DNA of 63,079 bases, the filler included, from Corallochytrium limacisporum Hawaii (lineage: Eukaryota; Protista; Pluriformea): assembly GCA_002811645.1 (NCBI GenBank). It is 3 parts of 3 records of this genome, joined end to end, with 100 filler letters (N's around TTAATTAATTAA, not from the genome) between each part and the next. Parts side by side here need not be neighbours in the genome. Positions count along the whole stretch, not along the records: positions 1 to 18,554 come from PDIP01000165.1; 2 more parts are not named here. One strand, written 5' to 3'. The notes under the pieces are model-generated. The model had not been told where the DNA came from, ran no database searches, and worked only from the letters and a program-made list of their open reading frames with translations. The position numbers were made by a program, and so were the translations under genes. This document shows positions 1-12,654 of this stretch, piece after piece (the stretch's first letter is position 1; each line of letters starts with the position of its first letter).

Positions 1-11
1 TAACCCTAACC
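1..11. repeat. Short telomere-type seed TAACCCTAACC (reverse complement of TTAGGG repeat) at contig start
   Basis: First 11 nt are fewer than two CCCTAA units; located exactly at the contig end and followed by TE relics. Too short to prove a chromosome end. Confidence 0.4.
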
Positions 12-99
12 TCTCCAGTTCCCGATGTACATTTCGAAACTGGACATCGTCGGTCGCGGACTGGCCAACGGGAATCCAAAGTTTAGGTGTCCAGATTGG

Positions 100-3000
100 T
101 GACGGCGAAGAAGTATTTGCCGGGTCGACACGGGGAAGAGATATTGGAGACGTACGGAAAGATCATCCGCTTGGGCCAGAGCCACCAACGCAGCAGCGGT
201 GCAGTGCAACGGGGCTTCGTCAGGAGAGATGACCATTACGTTTCATACAAACCGTCTTAGTCGCTGCGGGCAATTTAGCTTAGCCGCAAACCATTGGCCA
301 ATTTCAATTTACGTATGTTTGGCGACAAATAACATAGAGAGCGGTAAGAGAGAGGGCACAATTGAGATGACCCAATCCCCTGTGATCTCGGAGTGCTTTT
401 TGGAAACCAGAGAGCCAGACATCTTGCCTCTGCCAATCCTGCAACCTTTAAGCCCCATGTTTGGTTGATCGGCTGCGGACCCTACCTGGATGTAGTTCCT
501 GTGCCGACGATGTGTCATTTGGAATCCGGACCAAAAGATAAGGGCCGGGACACGGTGAGTGAATAGCCGCGGACGGGGAGCCGTCGACAAGGTGAAAGAG
601 AAAATCTGAGTTTACATATACGGGAACGAAATTTCAGGTGATAGGTATGCTCATTTTGACAGTATACGCGGGGATTCTGATTCGATTCACATTCTTGTGG
701 AGGGCAAGCTTGTCGTTTGCTGATAGTTGTGCTTTACCGTCCACACTCATCTAGGCCGCCGGTTCCACAGTAAATAGTGGGGTTTCAGTTCTATAAAATG
801 CGCAGCACCGATCCGCTGCTGCCAATTCCGCGACTTGTATTTTGTCTCTGAAACTGTGAGCGCATCTAGTATGTTGCCGCCAAAGAGATGTCATAGTTCC
901 AGATAAAGAAGGTGTAAGCCGATTCCCTCACCACTCCCAAAGCTGGGTCCGTTTGAACTCACTTTGCACACTGCATTATTCGCACTTATGATGCCAAAGG
1001 GGACAATTGTGATCAGAGGTACACATTGAATAGATACCAATGGTTGTGATCATTTCGTCAACTGTTACCCGTACGCTCTGTGCTACCAATACGTAGGAGG
1101 CCATTAACTTGGACGATGAGACGCAGAGTCAGTGACACTGCAGTACAACTATGGACTTGAAAACTTAGATTGTTGCCGATACAAGTGCATGACAACCATA
1201 TTGAACAATAGCAAGCTTGGAAAGAAAGGATGCCACGTTGAAGACGTAGCCTTTTCGGAGTTTGAGCCGACATAGCTTCGTGAGATGGCGCAGGGAACGG
1301 TTAATTGCGGACGAGATTAGTATGGTAGCGTTGGGCCGCTACTACTCCGCGTCTGTTACAGGCATGCTAGTTCACTGTGTGTCGAAGATGGCACGTAATT
1401 GTCCTCTGTTATCGTTCACACCCCTCAGCCATTGAAGAGATAAGGTTCGATCCGCCCGCTGAATCGATCGCATCTCCGAATCCTTTTCTGGGTTGAAAAT
1501 GTTACTGAAATTCCGCGGATGCCCAGTAATGGAAATACATTGGGGACAATCCTATGGATTGGTGCACATCACATGAGCATGTGTAGTAAATCATACTCAA
1601 GAAACACAAGGTCCACAGAGTCCAAGGACGTTCTGTAGATATATGAAGGGAGTGCAGTAGATTATCGGCACAAGAGAAAGACATTTCCAGACCAAAATGG
1701 TGGTTTTGGGAATCGTGAAAAAGGTGTGAATGGCGTGCGCCATGACCCTTAGGAAGATCATTGAATTCAGACAGACGGTCACGAAATTCAGAACTTAGAA
1801 CCAGCTTGGTAAGCTTCCAAGTGGGATGGACAAGGAGGAGGGACAACTGTGACTTGTCGAACTCAAAATCGCGTCATAATATGATTCTCACCATAAACCC
1901 TATCCCTAACCTCAATGGTTTCTCAACAACCCGTTGACACAGAAGCCCTACGCGGTAGCTGTCGGTTAGCTTACTCTCTACGATGTAGTGTTTATCCAAC
2001 AACACCATGTCTCTTCCCCAAAGATTGTTCGGCTATAGACATGGGCCCTCCCCGCTTCCCAGCTGTTGGAAAAGATGCCAGTGGGCAACATTATCGGAAC
2101 AGCGGACCCTTCAAATGCTCGAAAACTCACGAATCCTTAGGCCGTCATGTACTGTTGCGCCTTTCCGGCTAATATTTCTGTGACCACTGCTCACAGTAAA
2201 TACGACAAAAAGTTGTGCCCATATCACACTGAGCTTGCAACGTCTAGCTTACAAATTGTTGATCTGCAGTAAGATTCCAAAGTACATAACCTCTGCCTAT
2301 GGCCTTTCTGACACTTCCCGGGAAAGATCTATGGAACGTTTTGCTCGCTACGTTAGTACCCCACCTGTAGTTCTAAGCGTTCCTTGGATGATATGGGACG
2401 TACTACAAACTGTGGCTGCGTAAACTGTACTCTCAGTGGATGCGTCACCGCTTCCAACTCTTGTACAAGTTCTACCCACAGTAAGCCTTTTAGTATGGCA
2501 ATAATAAAATATCACGCACAAATTCTTATCGACCAGTGGTTGTGTTGCGGTCAATTACTTACGCGAGCTGGATCGGTTGGACACCATGATGTCCCTTAAC
2601 ACCTGTATAGTCGTTGCACTCAAACACATACAGGACGCCAAGTAGTGGCGCAGCATGGCCCCATTCACCATGCCTTATGGAACCATTGGCATGGGCAACT
2701 CTTACGCGTGAGTCTAGCCGGTGGGGTACGCACGTCTGAATACTTCCGACTTCATTCCAAAATTCCATGGTAGTGAATTCAATACAGTCATTTATACAAC
2801 GCACTTCCCTTGCGGTCCAATTCTTCGGCTGTAGTTTTCCTGGAATCACAAACAGTCCCTCACCCCTCCCCTGACTTCTAAACTACATGTGAGACATTAG
2901 GCGGCTGGTTCATGTGCATAGGTATTTGGAGCCAGCGCAAGTGTGAACCTGCTTTTGCATTCACTGTGACATAGCAGTTGACTTGACTCTTCACTCCGTC

Positions 3001-3100
3001 CGTATACGGGGATTTGCTAAAGTCTCATGCTGTCTCCAAAATTCATGACAAGGAGTTATTCATACAACTTGTCCGGACTCTCCAAAGCGTTGTTACCATC
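100..3100 (-). mobile_element. Degenerate non-LTR retrotransposon ORF2 relic (APE endonuclease + reverse transcriptase)
   Basis: Minus-strand translation gives decayed motifs in the expected order across stops and frameshifts: GRGEGLFVI (~2870-2845, APE GGGV-like), TRVGSGDASTESTV (~2465-2425), IISANNAVCKV (~995-960, cf. RPISLLN..K), SETKYKSR (~850-828, cf. Q.GFR), IQVGSAADQP (~495-463, cf. QGSxLSP), LQYLF (~150-135, cf. YLG). Boundaries approximate. Confidence 0.55.
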
Positions 3101-3699
3101 TCTTGTGACGCACTATAGCTGTATCCACCAAACTGACCTTCCTAAGGTTCTTACAGTATGATACCCCTTCCAGTTTCTATTGAAAAAGTTTCCATAACCA
3201 CTTCCCGCGTATTTCGGAATATTTTTGACACACTTGTCTTCCCTCGTCTTCGACACTATACGTTCTCCCGTGGGGTCGTTTGTCGGATACCGATCCTCCT
3301 ACAGACCAGCGCCTCGACTCACAGCTGCGTTTCTAGAAAACTCTTCAGCCTTTGTGTCATATATCACAACTTTCCGCTTAAGGAAAGATCTCTTTCTCTT
3401 TTTTGCTGGTGTCGTCACTGCGGCGGCTTTTTGCGTTGCGCACTGGCCCATTGAGCACACACACATACTGTAGGTGTTGTGGAATTTGAACTGAATGCTG
3501 AGGGCATGGAAGTGTTGAAGGGGGCCTGCGTTTGAAGAATGTTCAACACAGTCCAATAAATTGACGGTAAAGACTGCAAAGTGAACTCCCATTGATTGAG
3601 AGGCATCGTCTGAGTACATTGCTTCCAATAGTAACTGTTTGAGTAATAGCAACGTCCCAAGGCAACATTTCATTTTGTGCCGCAATCACCTCATTTTCA

Positions 3700-5800
3700 G
3701 TTCCATCACCTGCTCTTGTTCCGAGCTACCGATCTGCGGCATCCAGCAATGGTACACCAAATCCCCCATGCGCTGCGGGTACACCTACCGACGACTCCAT
3801 TTTACATTACACATCAAAATTTCGGGTCCATGCTCACCACTTCTGTAATGTTGTAAGTATTTTCTGTATTGCTAGACATAAGGCTCTTACCAGGACGCAA
3901 TTCACAGGACATCTGCTGCTGGACGCCGTGAGTCCATTGTACCCCCACAGGACATCCAACTCCACACCAACTTACCTATTTTCTCAAGCTGTTGGTGGTG
4001 ATGTCGTTGTTGATGTTCAAGCGGAGTTAGCCAATTGTGCGTCACTGCCCAGGCGATACGGTGACTTTCCGGATCTCCTACCGAGTATGACTACTGCATT
4101 CATGGACGTAGCGAAACCCGGCGATACCAACATAGTGAATCTGCCTCCCACCAGTGGGCGCTCAGCATTCGTTCTCAAATAAGCATCCACCGTAGACTAG
4201 TGTAACATCGTATTCTATTCACTGTTTCCGAACTCTCGTAAAGTTATTAAACGGGCCACCCAAGGCCTACGCAATGAAACAGAAGTCCACCAACAAACCC
4301 AGCTGAGTACGTATACAAGTAGCCGCAATCCGCAGGGTATGCAAGGACGCATATACGAAATAATTCCAATGTATCAGGTAGTATCATCAGAGTTGTGATG
4401 CTGCTTTCATGTCAAAGCCCCTGGAAAGCAATCGATTTGCAGTGCTTGTTCCGTGTGTTATCATATTGCGCTAGGGCCGATCGCGTTCCATAAAGACCCG
4501 TATAGGCAACCGGTCTCATGTGCACTCTCAATTATAGCATATGATGATACGTTCCGTTGTTGGGTGGTTAGCCAACTCTCTTCCATTTTGGAATCTCTTG
4601 CGCCCCCAGTGCACACTGACCATATAAATGGTTTACAAGAACAAAAAGAACATCATCAGCACCTGCCCAATTGCTACAAAGCCGAAGTAGGAAAGGAAGA
4701 AGGAACATCCATCCCTTGGGAGTTGGAGGGTCGCTGCGGAATGGCTCTGCGGTCTCAAACCCACAACTTATTATCCACAGGGCAGCACATCAAAGCAATT
4801 CTCACGGTGAAGCTCGAGACCTGGGCAACATATATATTCTTCTTCGCTAGAGCTAGGTTTGCTTTTTCTTACTTTGAAATGAGTTGGTACTAACTTCTTA
4901 AGATGATGATTCCGGTGCTCTATTCCCTATATTTTGTCCACCAGGCATAGGTACTACAGGAGCATCGTCAGCCTCCAATTTGTATCAAATAAAGCCTGTT
5001 TACAGACTGTTCATCGTCGCAAGGATATGGAGCCCGCGTTGACCATTTACCTCCCAGGATTGAAAACTCAACTCGCCCACAGTTTGTTCCCATAGACAGT
5101 GCATTCTATATGTCCATTTTCACATACCACTCGCCCCCCCTGCACTGTTGAACTCCTCCCGTCCTGTTGTTTCAAAGTCAATTGACATGTAATTTCAGTA
5201 TGTACCACTAGAAAGGGGAGGAGGGGGGGAACAATGAGCAAAGGATGGGGAGATGGGAGCAGTAGAACAGAAACCTGTGGTCGATCTCACTGTGTCCACC
5301 CAATTCGTACTCAAAACAAATCTGCAGAAAGCTGCATACCTGACGAGATGAACGAAAAGAGGATAAAAGGGAGAAAAATAATCCTACTTTGTCCCCTTCC
5401 TCGCAAGGAGATATTTCGGGAAACATAGTTGCGCCCATGTGGCTGCCGGTACGCGTTCAAATGTCTCTGCACAGCGCAAATATACGTCATATTGCTCAAG
5501 TGAACAAGAAATCATTGTGCAGCACGCAAATATGAAAATTAGGTGCGGAACGTGGACAGTTCACAATCAAAGAATTGAAAACACCTATCCATGGGGACTC
5601 AACAACACCCATGGACACGCAAGATTTATTACTTTTTCTTCCGGACCCAAGATTTCTACAGTCCGTAGACGTAGGCGGCGATCGCTTGTTCACACGGGAA
5701 TATAATTCCACGATCGTACTCAGTACGGATTGGGGAAAGTGGGGGATGGCATAGATCCATTTGCTGGGATGTCTGAAGCAAGGTGTGTCTTCCGCACACT
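3700..5800 (-). mobile_element. Degenerate non-LTR RT relic(s), possibly CRE/SLACS-like
   Basis: Minus-strand fragments NGSMPSP (~5762-5742, cf. GGIRPI), GGVQQC (~5160-5142, cf. GVQQGD), LEADDA (~4980-4961, cf. YADD) and HGGFGVP (~3770-3750, cf. GGLG). No intact ORF; spacing suggests more than one copy. Confidence 0.4.
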
Positions 5801-6699
5801 ATTCTGAATAAAACACGCAATGTGAGGTGACAAACTTCGTGACCCTGCGAGCGGAGCAATTCTCATGAGTCGAAACGTAATGTCAATACAGAACATGTAG
5901 ATAAACCGGCACCCGTAGGTATCCATCACTACCAATGTCCTTTTACAATATTCTTCATATGATTGTGTGTCAGAAACCATGGCGTCGGTCAAAGATACAC
6001 TTTCCTATTTTGACGTCTAAGTCGAATGGAACGTATATTGGCTGGGCCCAGTAGGGGCTCTGGAATGCACGCCGATGTTACTTCTTAAAAACTAATGTTG
6101 CGCAACAAACCTAACCCCGGCATTGGAAAGCATTTTCGGTCTAAACCGCTCTTCCACATACGTTAAGAACAAAGGATGAGGCTTAAACCAAATCCTTCTA
6201 GAATACTATGGGAAAGACAAGGAAACTACCATGCATTGAGCTAGGTGATGTCGGCGAACTTAGTCTGGCCGGACATTTGCGATGCCCCGGGGCGATATCT
6301 CACGGAATGTGGGCTGTAAACCACAAGCTGTCAACAAAATGGCGAGCTCGTTCGGACCCGGCCATCCATCAACACCAACCATACACTTGAAACTGTAAAC
6401 TTCCTTGCCTACCTGACATGCCCAAATTTGTTCTCCTCTTGCAATACCATAGATCCTACTTTCTAGCTGTGGTGTGTATCTGTTCGTGACTTGGTTGTGG
6501 TGTTTCATCAGGGCAGGTTTAGGTATTCTTCGACCAGTGTTGTTCACAGTTCTTCGCTCTTGCGCTCACACTAGTTGCGTATGTCTGCCGAGGACTGGAA
6601 GAGGATACTGGCGGCACCCTAAGGGAAAGATGATGCGGAAATGCCTATACATGATCCACGTACTAGGGGGGCGAGGGCGTTGGGGTCTATTCTGGTCAA

Positions 6700-9050
6700 T
6701 CCGTGGGCGAAGCACATAGGGGGCGGCCTATTGGTGGCACATGTTCCCAAAGGATAGTGGTTTAAGGTCCATATCCTAAAAACACAGCCAAACCAAAGAG
6801 ACCATAGAAATTTACTTTTTGGGACGTTTATTTGGTGGAGGGGCTGCAATTATATGCAAGGACTCGAAATCTCCTTCTTCGCCTTGCTCTTGTTGGTCAT
6901 GGCAAGACTGTAGAGAGGAAGTTGTACATGCATCGAAGGGCACAACAATCGTTGCCGACAACAGCCCATATCCAAATTCAGCTCAGGAACGAATCCCAAG
7001 TATTAATGTGTTAGTTGGCAGCGCAACAACAGACGGGGCAAGGTGGTCAATGTTCAAAGCGAGAGCCAATGAAGGTACTATCTCAATCATCCAAACCTCT
7101 ACAGTTTCTTGCCGGTTCGTCACAAGATTGAAGTCATGCAGTTGGGAATGTTTGCAAGGTTGAAGTATGGGAAGAAGAAAATTCTCCTCAATCCACCTCG
7201 GAGATTTAAGGTCCTGCGGTTGGCCCGCCCAGGCTGCTGCTGAACGCTCTCTGTTATACACAGATGTGGACCGCAATAACAAATATACACTATCGCGGAG
7301 TTTACATCCCGCAAAATGAATAATAGTAATCAGATGTTCACAGCCACCACTTTTATCGCACAAACATCGAGCTCAGTATGTACTGTATGTATGGTGGTCA
7401 ATCACGATCAGCACAATGGTGCGACGAAAGACTAGACTTTCTTTCCGGTTGGACAACAGTTCAGCTGCGGCCCGAAGCTGAAAACATCAACACATATCGC
7501 CCATTCTGAGGCGCAGCAGCAAACTTGGTCGACTCACAAAGAAAATATCGGGTCACCACCGAGCAAAATATACGGCGTTTGTGTTCACAGCAGACCTGGT
7601 TATGGTTTCCTTCAAGTGCCTATGAAGTTTCTGAAAAGGGGCATTCATGATCGTCAGTGTCGACAATTGTGTGGTGCTGATATTCCTGATCACATTATGA
7701 GGTGTTCAAGTGAAGGAAAAAAAAGTACTCAAATTCTTCATCTAGCGGGCGGTGGCCAGAGCACAAATACTACGGCATCCGTGACTCCACCGTTAGACTC
7801 CGTACAGCCCAGTGACGAGTATCACAGCAAGTTCACAACAACCATAAGTGCCGCATAGTGTCGTAGTAGTTTTCTTCCTGGAAGAGAATTCGTCGATGAA
7901 GAGCCAACAGGATCACTCTCTTTTTGGAGTCCGTCTTTTCGTGGGTGGTTGAGGGTGGCGTGTAGGCAGACGAAAACTTCGATCTTTGTCACTCCTCAGC
8001 CCTCAACATTCTTGCGCACTCAGTATGCTCAATTCTTTTCCCTCTGGTACTCTTAGTGCGGTTTACTAACAGCAGGTTCAGGTGTGACGCTTTGCGCAGT
8101 ACCATCCTACCCCTCCGACGGGTTCGATGTGATTCCATACATGCGGAGGATAATCATGCATGCAGCAGTGGCAGGCATGTCCAGCAGGTTCCTAGGGAAA
8201 AGAGACTTTCACAGTATGCACTAATACGTGAATGCAAGTCTGTGACCAGTTGCTCAATGTAAAGGAGCATGCAAAGCAGACAGGCAGGTCAATTCTACAA
8301 AACTTTCCCAAAATGGGGACCGGAATGTGTGCAAAAGGAAAGTAGTCTTCAGGTTTCGTAGTCTAAGCTCAACATTAGGGATTGGCTACAATGGAACAGA
8401 GGCTTGAGCGCTACAAATTGCAGTAGAGTGCGCAGGACAGGATGCTCAAAGTAGCTTTCAAAAGGTCTCATCTGCACCAATTGCGTAAATCAGTGTGCAA
8501 CTCTCCCGAATATGTGATATGTTCGATCGGCTTTTGAACCGACAGCCCGGGCAGTGACATAGTAGTAGAGTCCGAGTATGAGAGAAATACTCATATCCCG
8601 AACCCAAAGACGCACAAATAGAGGTACTCCGAGGATCGACAGACGTGTTCTTCAACAGTCCGACAGGCCTGGTCAAGGTGCGAAGTTCTGATCTCAAGAC
8701 TTCCCCTACGGAGCAGTCCGAGGAAGAGAATTGGCGGCTGGACATTGATATCTGGAGACTTGCTCTACCGGAGAGTCTGAGGTAATGTGTTACACATCAG
8801 CGAAAGACATGAGGCCTCAGTGTAGATGCAGTGCAAGGATGCCTGGATTGGATTCACAGAATCAAGGAGAACAGGGAAAGTGAAGGGGGCGACGATGCGA
8901 GATTTCCAAGATAAACGTTTTGCACGATTGATATAGACGAAGAAATGTGGAGAAAATTTCTTTAACGGGTGGGGAGGGAGCGATGTAAATGAGGGAGTGG
9001 GAGGAAGGCTGTCCGTATGCGAGTATGCTGTCAGTGGCCGGATATACCAC
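6700..9050 (-). mobile_element. Degenerate L1/Tx1-like ORF2 relic (APE + RT)
   Basis: Ordered decayed motifs on the minus strand: PDINV (~8755-8741, cf. GDFN), YEYF...KSRSNI (~8595-8517, cf. YT...SRID), SAVNTNAVYFAR (~7595-7560, cf. SLLNTDYKILAK), LDVCAIK (~7372-7352), VPSLALALNIDHL (~7080-7040, cf. LSPLLFAL.IDPL), VGNDC (~6960-6946), HYPLG (~6760-6745). Confidence 0.5.
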
Positions 9051-9426
9051 CAAACGAAAACACTTTAGGGAAAGCAGACAACGACGTTAAGAAGGCCACG
9101 GTGACCAATAACTGTCATGCCCGAAGGCGCACACTCGCACAGTAGAGCGAATTCAGCCGTGCGATAGCAGAGTCAGCAATGCACCATTGTACCTGTCTCT
9201 AATGATTCTAAACAGGCTCCAAACCTTCCAACTCACGAGGGAGCATTGCCCAACAGAGTCAGCAAGGGATTTAAACAACAGCTGCGCTCCATGAAATGAA
9301 ACCTCTCTAGCTTTGTTACCTATGTGAGAGTATATTTTACCTAGCAGTCAGCACTTTCGCAAAGTCACAATAGTGAACAGGAGCTTCCAGGAATTTCCTA
9401 ACCGAATCAGGAGTGACCATGATAGA

Positions 9427-9462
9427 TCAGTATCACTTGTAATGTCAGTATCACTTGTAATG
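9427..9462. repeat. Perfect 18-nt tandem duplication TCAGTATCACTTGTAATG x2
   Basis: Read directly from the sequence. Confidence 0.9.
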
Positions 9463-9949
9463 GCACAAACGGGCGCAAGCAAGGACTCGCGAAATGTTCG
9501 GTGGGAGTAAGTTGGTGTCTGAGTTTCCTATCCTAGTCCCTTCCTGTTCATACCGGATCCACTGATACTACTTGTGATATACTACAACATCGCCACAAGA
9601 TAGCATTCGTATATCCGTTCACAACCGCTGAAGACTTGAAACATACTCCTCAAGACTGTGAAATATATAGACACACAATCGGAAATGTGATCACCACCAA
9701 GCCCCGTGGGGAGTCTAGCATGTGGCGTCAATATCTGTTGAATACTTATATACGTTACAAATCAACGAAGACAGTCAAAGGGGCTCGGCTGAATCTGCGT
9801 AATATGGTGGGTACGCTGTTATTGGATAAAGGACCATCTCGTAATATTGTACTATGACAACCCTTGTCGTCATCAGCGTAGCTGTACTATTTCAAGAATG
9901 TTTTGATATGTCATAGTCGGTGGTTCTAAGGAGAGGGACTAGGTGAGAC

Positions 9950-10530
9950 GAAAAGAGTGCAGTCAGTGAGTGAGAGGTGCGCAGGGTCCATCGACTAAGC
10001 CACTGACGGGTGCTCACAACGGAGGCAGCGAACTGGAACAGCAAATTACATGGGTCTTTCGGTGTATGGAGCCACTGGACCAAACTTGGCAGTCAAGAGT
10101 TGCGGCACCCAAACTTCTTCAGTGGCACAGTTGTTTTCGCGGAGTCTATCAGGAGGGTGGGACTCTAGGCTTGCGCACAACATGAAAATAAAAAAGAAAC
10201 GGAGAGGTTCCAGATGGGAAAGCTGCCGGGGAGTCGCAGGGGGTATACGTAACTGGTAGGCGCATACTTCAAGCAGCATCCATTTGGAGTGAGACAAACA
10301 TCGGACGCTGCAAAGAGCCGCTCTAATCGATTGATCAGGGTCTTATGACCGTAACATGAAGACAGGCACGAGGACCAAAACACCATAAATTGCAAAGGGG
10401 GAGGTATAGCGCAGGGGCTTTCACAGCTGTTGAGCTTTCCCGGAGGAACGTGCAATTATTCACAATACAGTCTGAGGATGGTAGGCCATGGGGTAGCCAA
10501 AGCCATCGGCAACCTGGATGCTATTGCGTA
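9950..10530 (+). pseudogene. Possible decayed tyrosine-recombinase (DIRS/Ngaro-like) fragment
   Basis: Weak echoes of YR motifs in order: EPLDQTW (~10070-10090, cf. SKTDQ), TINCKGGG (~10382-10405, cf. HS.R.GG), TIQSEDGRPWGS (~10462-10497, cf. GRW.S). Very degenerate. Confidence 0.2.
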
Positions 10531-12495
10531 ACAAGGACGAGGCCGCTCACAGGTCTTCGTGTTCGCTTAGTCCGAGAAATGGATCCCCGCTGACTAAGGA
10601 GCGTCATGAGAAGAGGTCTGGATCGTGGGGAAAGGGCACAGGGATGGCCAAGAGGGAAGAGAATGTGGGGGGGGGAAACGGAGGTTGTCGCCTTAGTTAC
10701 TTTCTCGTTCCCGCCGAACGAAGAAGAGTGGCTTCTGTTTGTTACTTTATCGTTTTTCTATGCGGAGGCCGGGCAGTTTGGGAAAAGGGGGGTGGGGTGT
10801 GGGGAAAGCAGGGCAACTGCGAGGTACCCTGTTACGGCCGTGACGCGTGTGGAATGGCTTGGCCCAGATTCTTCGGTTGGCCATGTGTTTCCGGGAAACA
10901 TATCCTCGTTTTCGTTGTCTTTCAATGGGTCAATGGGAAAAGAAGAAAAGAGAATGATGTGTGGATAAGCCACAACGAGTACAACAAATCCAGTACACGT
11001 ATGTCGGGAGCAGGGGGAAGCACATAAAAGGCTGTGCACTGTCGTATTGGGTTTGGCCCCGTCATGTGTAGCCAAATGTGTAGCTACAGGTGTCAAAAAC
11101 CGTGATAGGTGAGCCAGCCCCGTAAGATATGGGAAAACCATGCCGAGAATGTACATAACCTGGTCAAGATTGCAGGAAAACGCTTCTCGTCGTTTGCTTG
11201 AAGAAAACGTTACCTGGTTTGCTCCCGCTCCAGGTTTCCCACCAATTCACTCCAAGCTCCTGACCAAGATGGTAACCCTCTTCTTTGGTCAGATACCCCT
11301 ATCTTTGCTGTTCTTTAATATCTGGGGACCATACTGATGGCTCCGCAACATGACGTTCATCATGCGAATTTCAGGTGTGTTCCCTTATTCTCTTAGGATC
11401 CCGCGTGAAGGGACGTTTATGGCAGCGGTTGTACCGTTCTCCTGTACATGCAATTGAAGATTAGGGTTCGTGCTGGTTTGCGGAATACGCGCACCCAGCG
11501 AGTGTGGGCGGTTTGATGGTACGCGAGAGAGAGAGAGAGAGAGTGTGTGTGTGTGTTCGGGAAAGCAAGTTCCTTGATGTGCAGTGTGTGAATACAACCC
11601 CGGATGCCTGATGCTCAGCTTGCCCACAAAATTCAATTCGACCCCTGTTTCATGGGGACCCGGTTCGCAAGGAACCCTTTTCTGGCGACCAGCATCAGCT
11701 TTCAATAGTTTTCTTCTCCATCACAAAGATATTTTGATCAATGCTGGGGGTACGTCTGGGCCTCGGTTAGGTTAGGTGTGTACGTGGACCAGCACCTTTG
11801 CTTCGCAAGCAATCATTAATAGCAGTTGGGATAGATGATAGGGCATGCCGGCCAGATCATCAATGCAAAAATCTCTGCATCGGCACATCTCCCAGCTTTC
11901 TTCTCCAAACAGTAGCTACTGGGATGCTCTCACTGCCCCTCATATCGCGTACCCTGACACCTTCATGAGATTTGCGATAGACGTCAACTCAGGCCTCTCA
12001 GGAGATTTTTTTCTTCGCCCGTGTGTGCAGCATTTTATTTGTTCCTTGCGCCCACTATCTCTTGCCACAGCCGCTTCCCTCTCTCTCTCCCCTCCCCCCC
12101 AAAAGGGGTGACACAGCCTGAACAGTTTCAGTTTTTGTGTTTTCGGAACCGTTGCGGTGGTACGGGTTTTTCACTGGGCGCTATGGCGGCGAAAAGGTGA
12201 CTCCCCCCCCCCCTTTTTGCTCGGTGTCCCGGCGGGAGTGGCTGATGCAACACCCCGAGGCACCAAGGCAGAGCAACGCAGGGGAAGGGGACTTTGGAGG
12301 GGTGGTGGACAAAGGAAAAGAGGGAGAGACTGAGAGGCAGTCGCAAACGCGACGCACCCCCCGCCGGGGGGGGGGGGGGAGAGAGAGAGGGGGAAAGGCG
12401 ACTTGAAAGTGATGGGTTCAAAGGAGGGGACCCAGGCAGGGCAATCTGAGATGCAAGAACCGATCTTTGCTCGTCATCGACCCGGCCAACCCAAG

Positions 12496-12639
12496 GTATG
12501 TGCCCAGGTACAAATAGGATTGGAGAAATGGGAAGCTCACACTTTTCCTGGGATGTGAAGGTAGTATTAGGGGCGATCTATTTCAGACTTTGTAATTGTC
12601 TGGCAAGTCCAACTGTGACATAAATAGTTAACATATCAG
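12496..12639 (+). other. Putative 5'-UTR intron of the Agd3-like gene
   Basis: AAG|GTATGT donor at 12496; TTAAC branch-like motif then CAG(CAG) acceptor at 12637-12642, just upstream of the ATG at 12655. Confidence 0.5.
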
Positions 12640-12654
12640 CAGAGATCAACAGCC

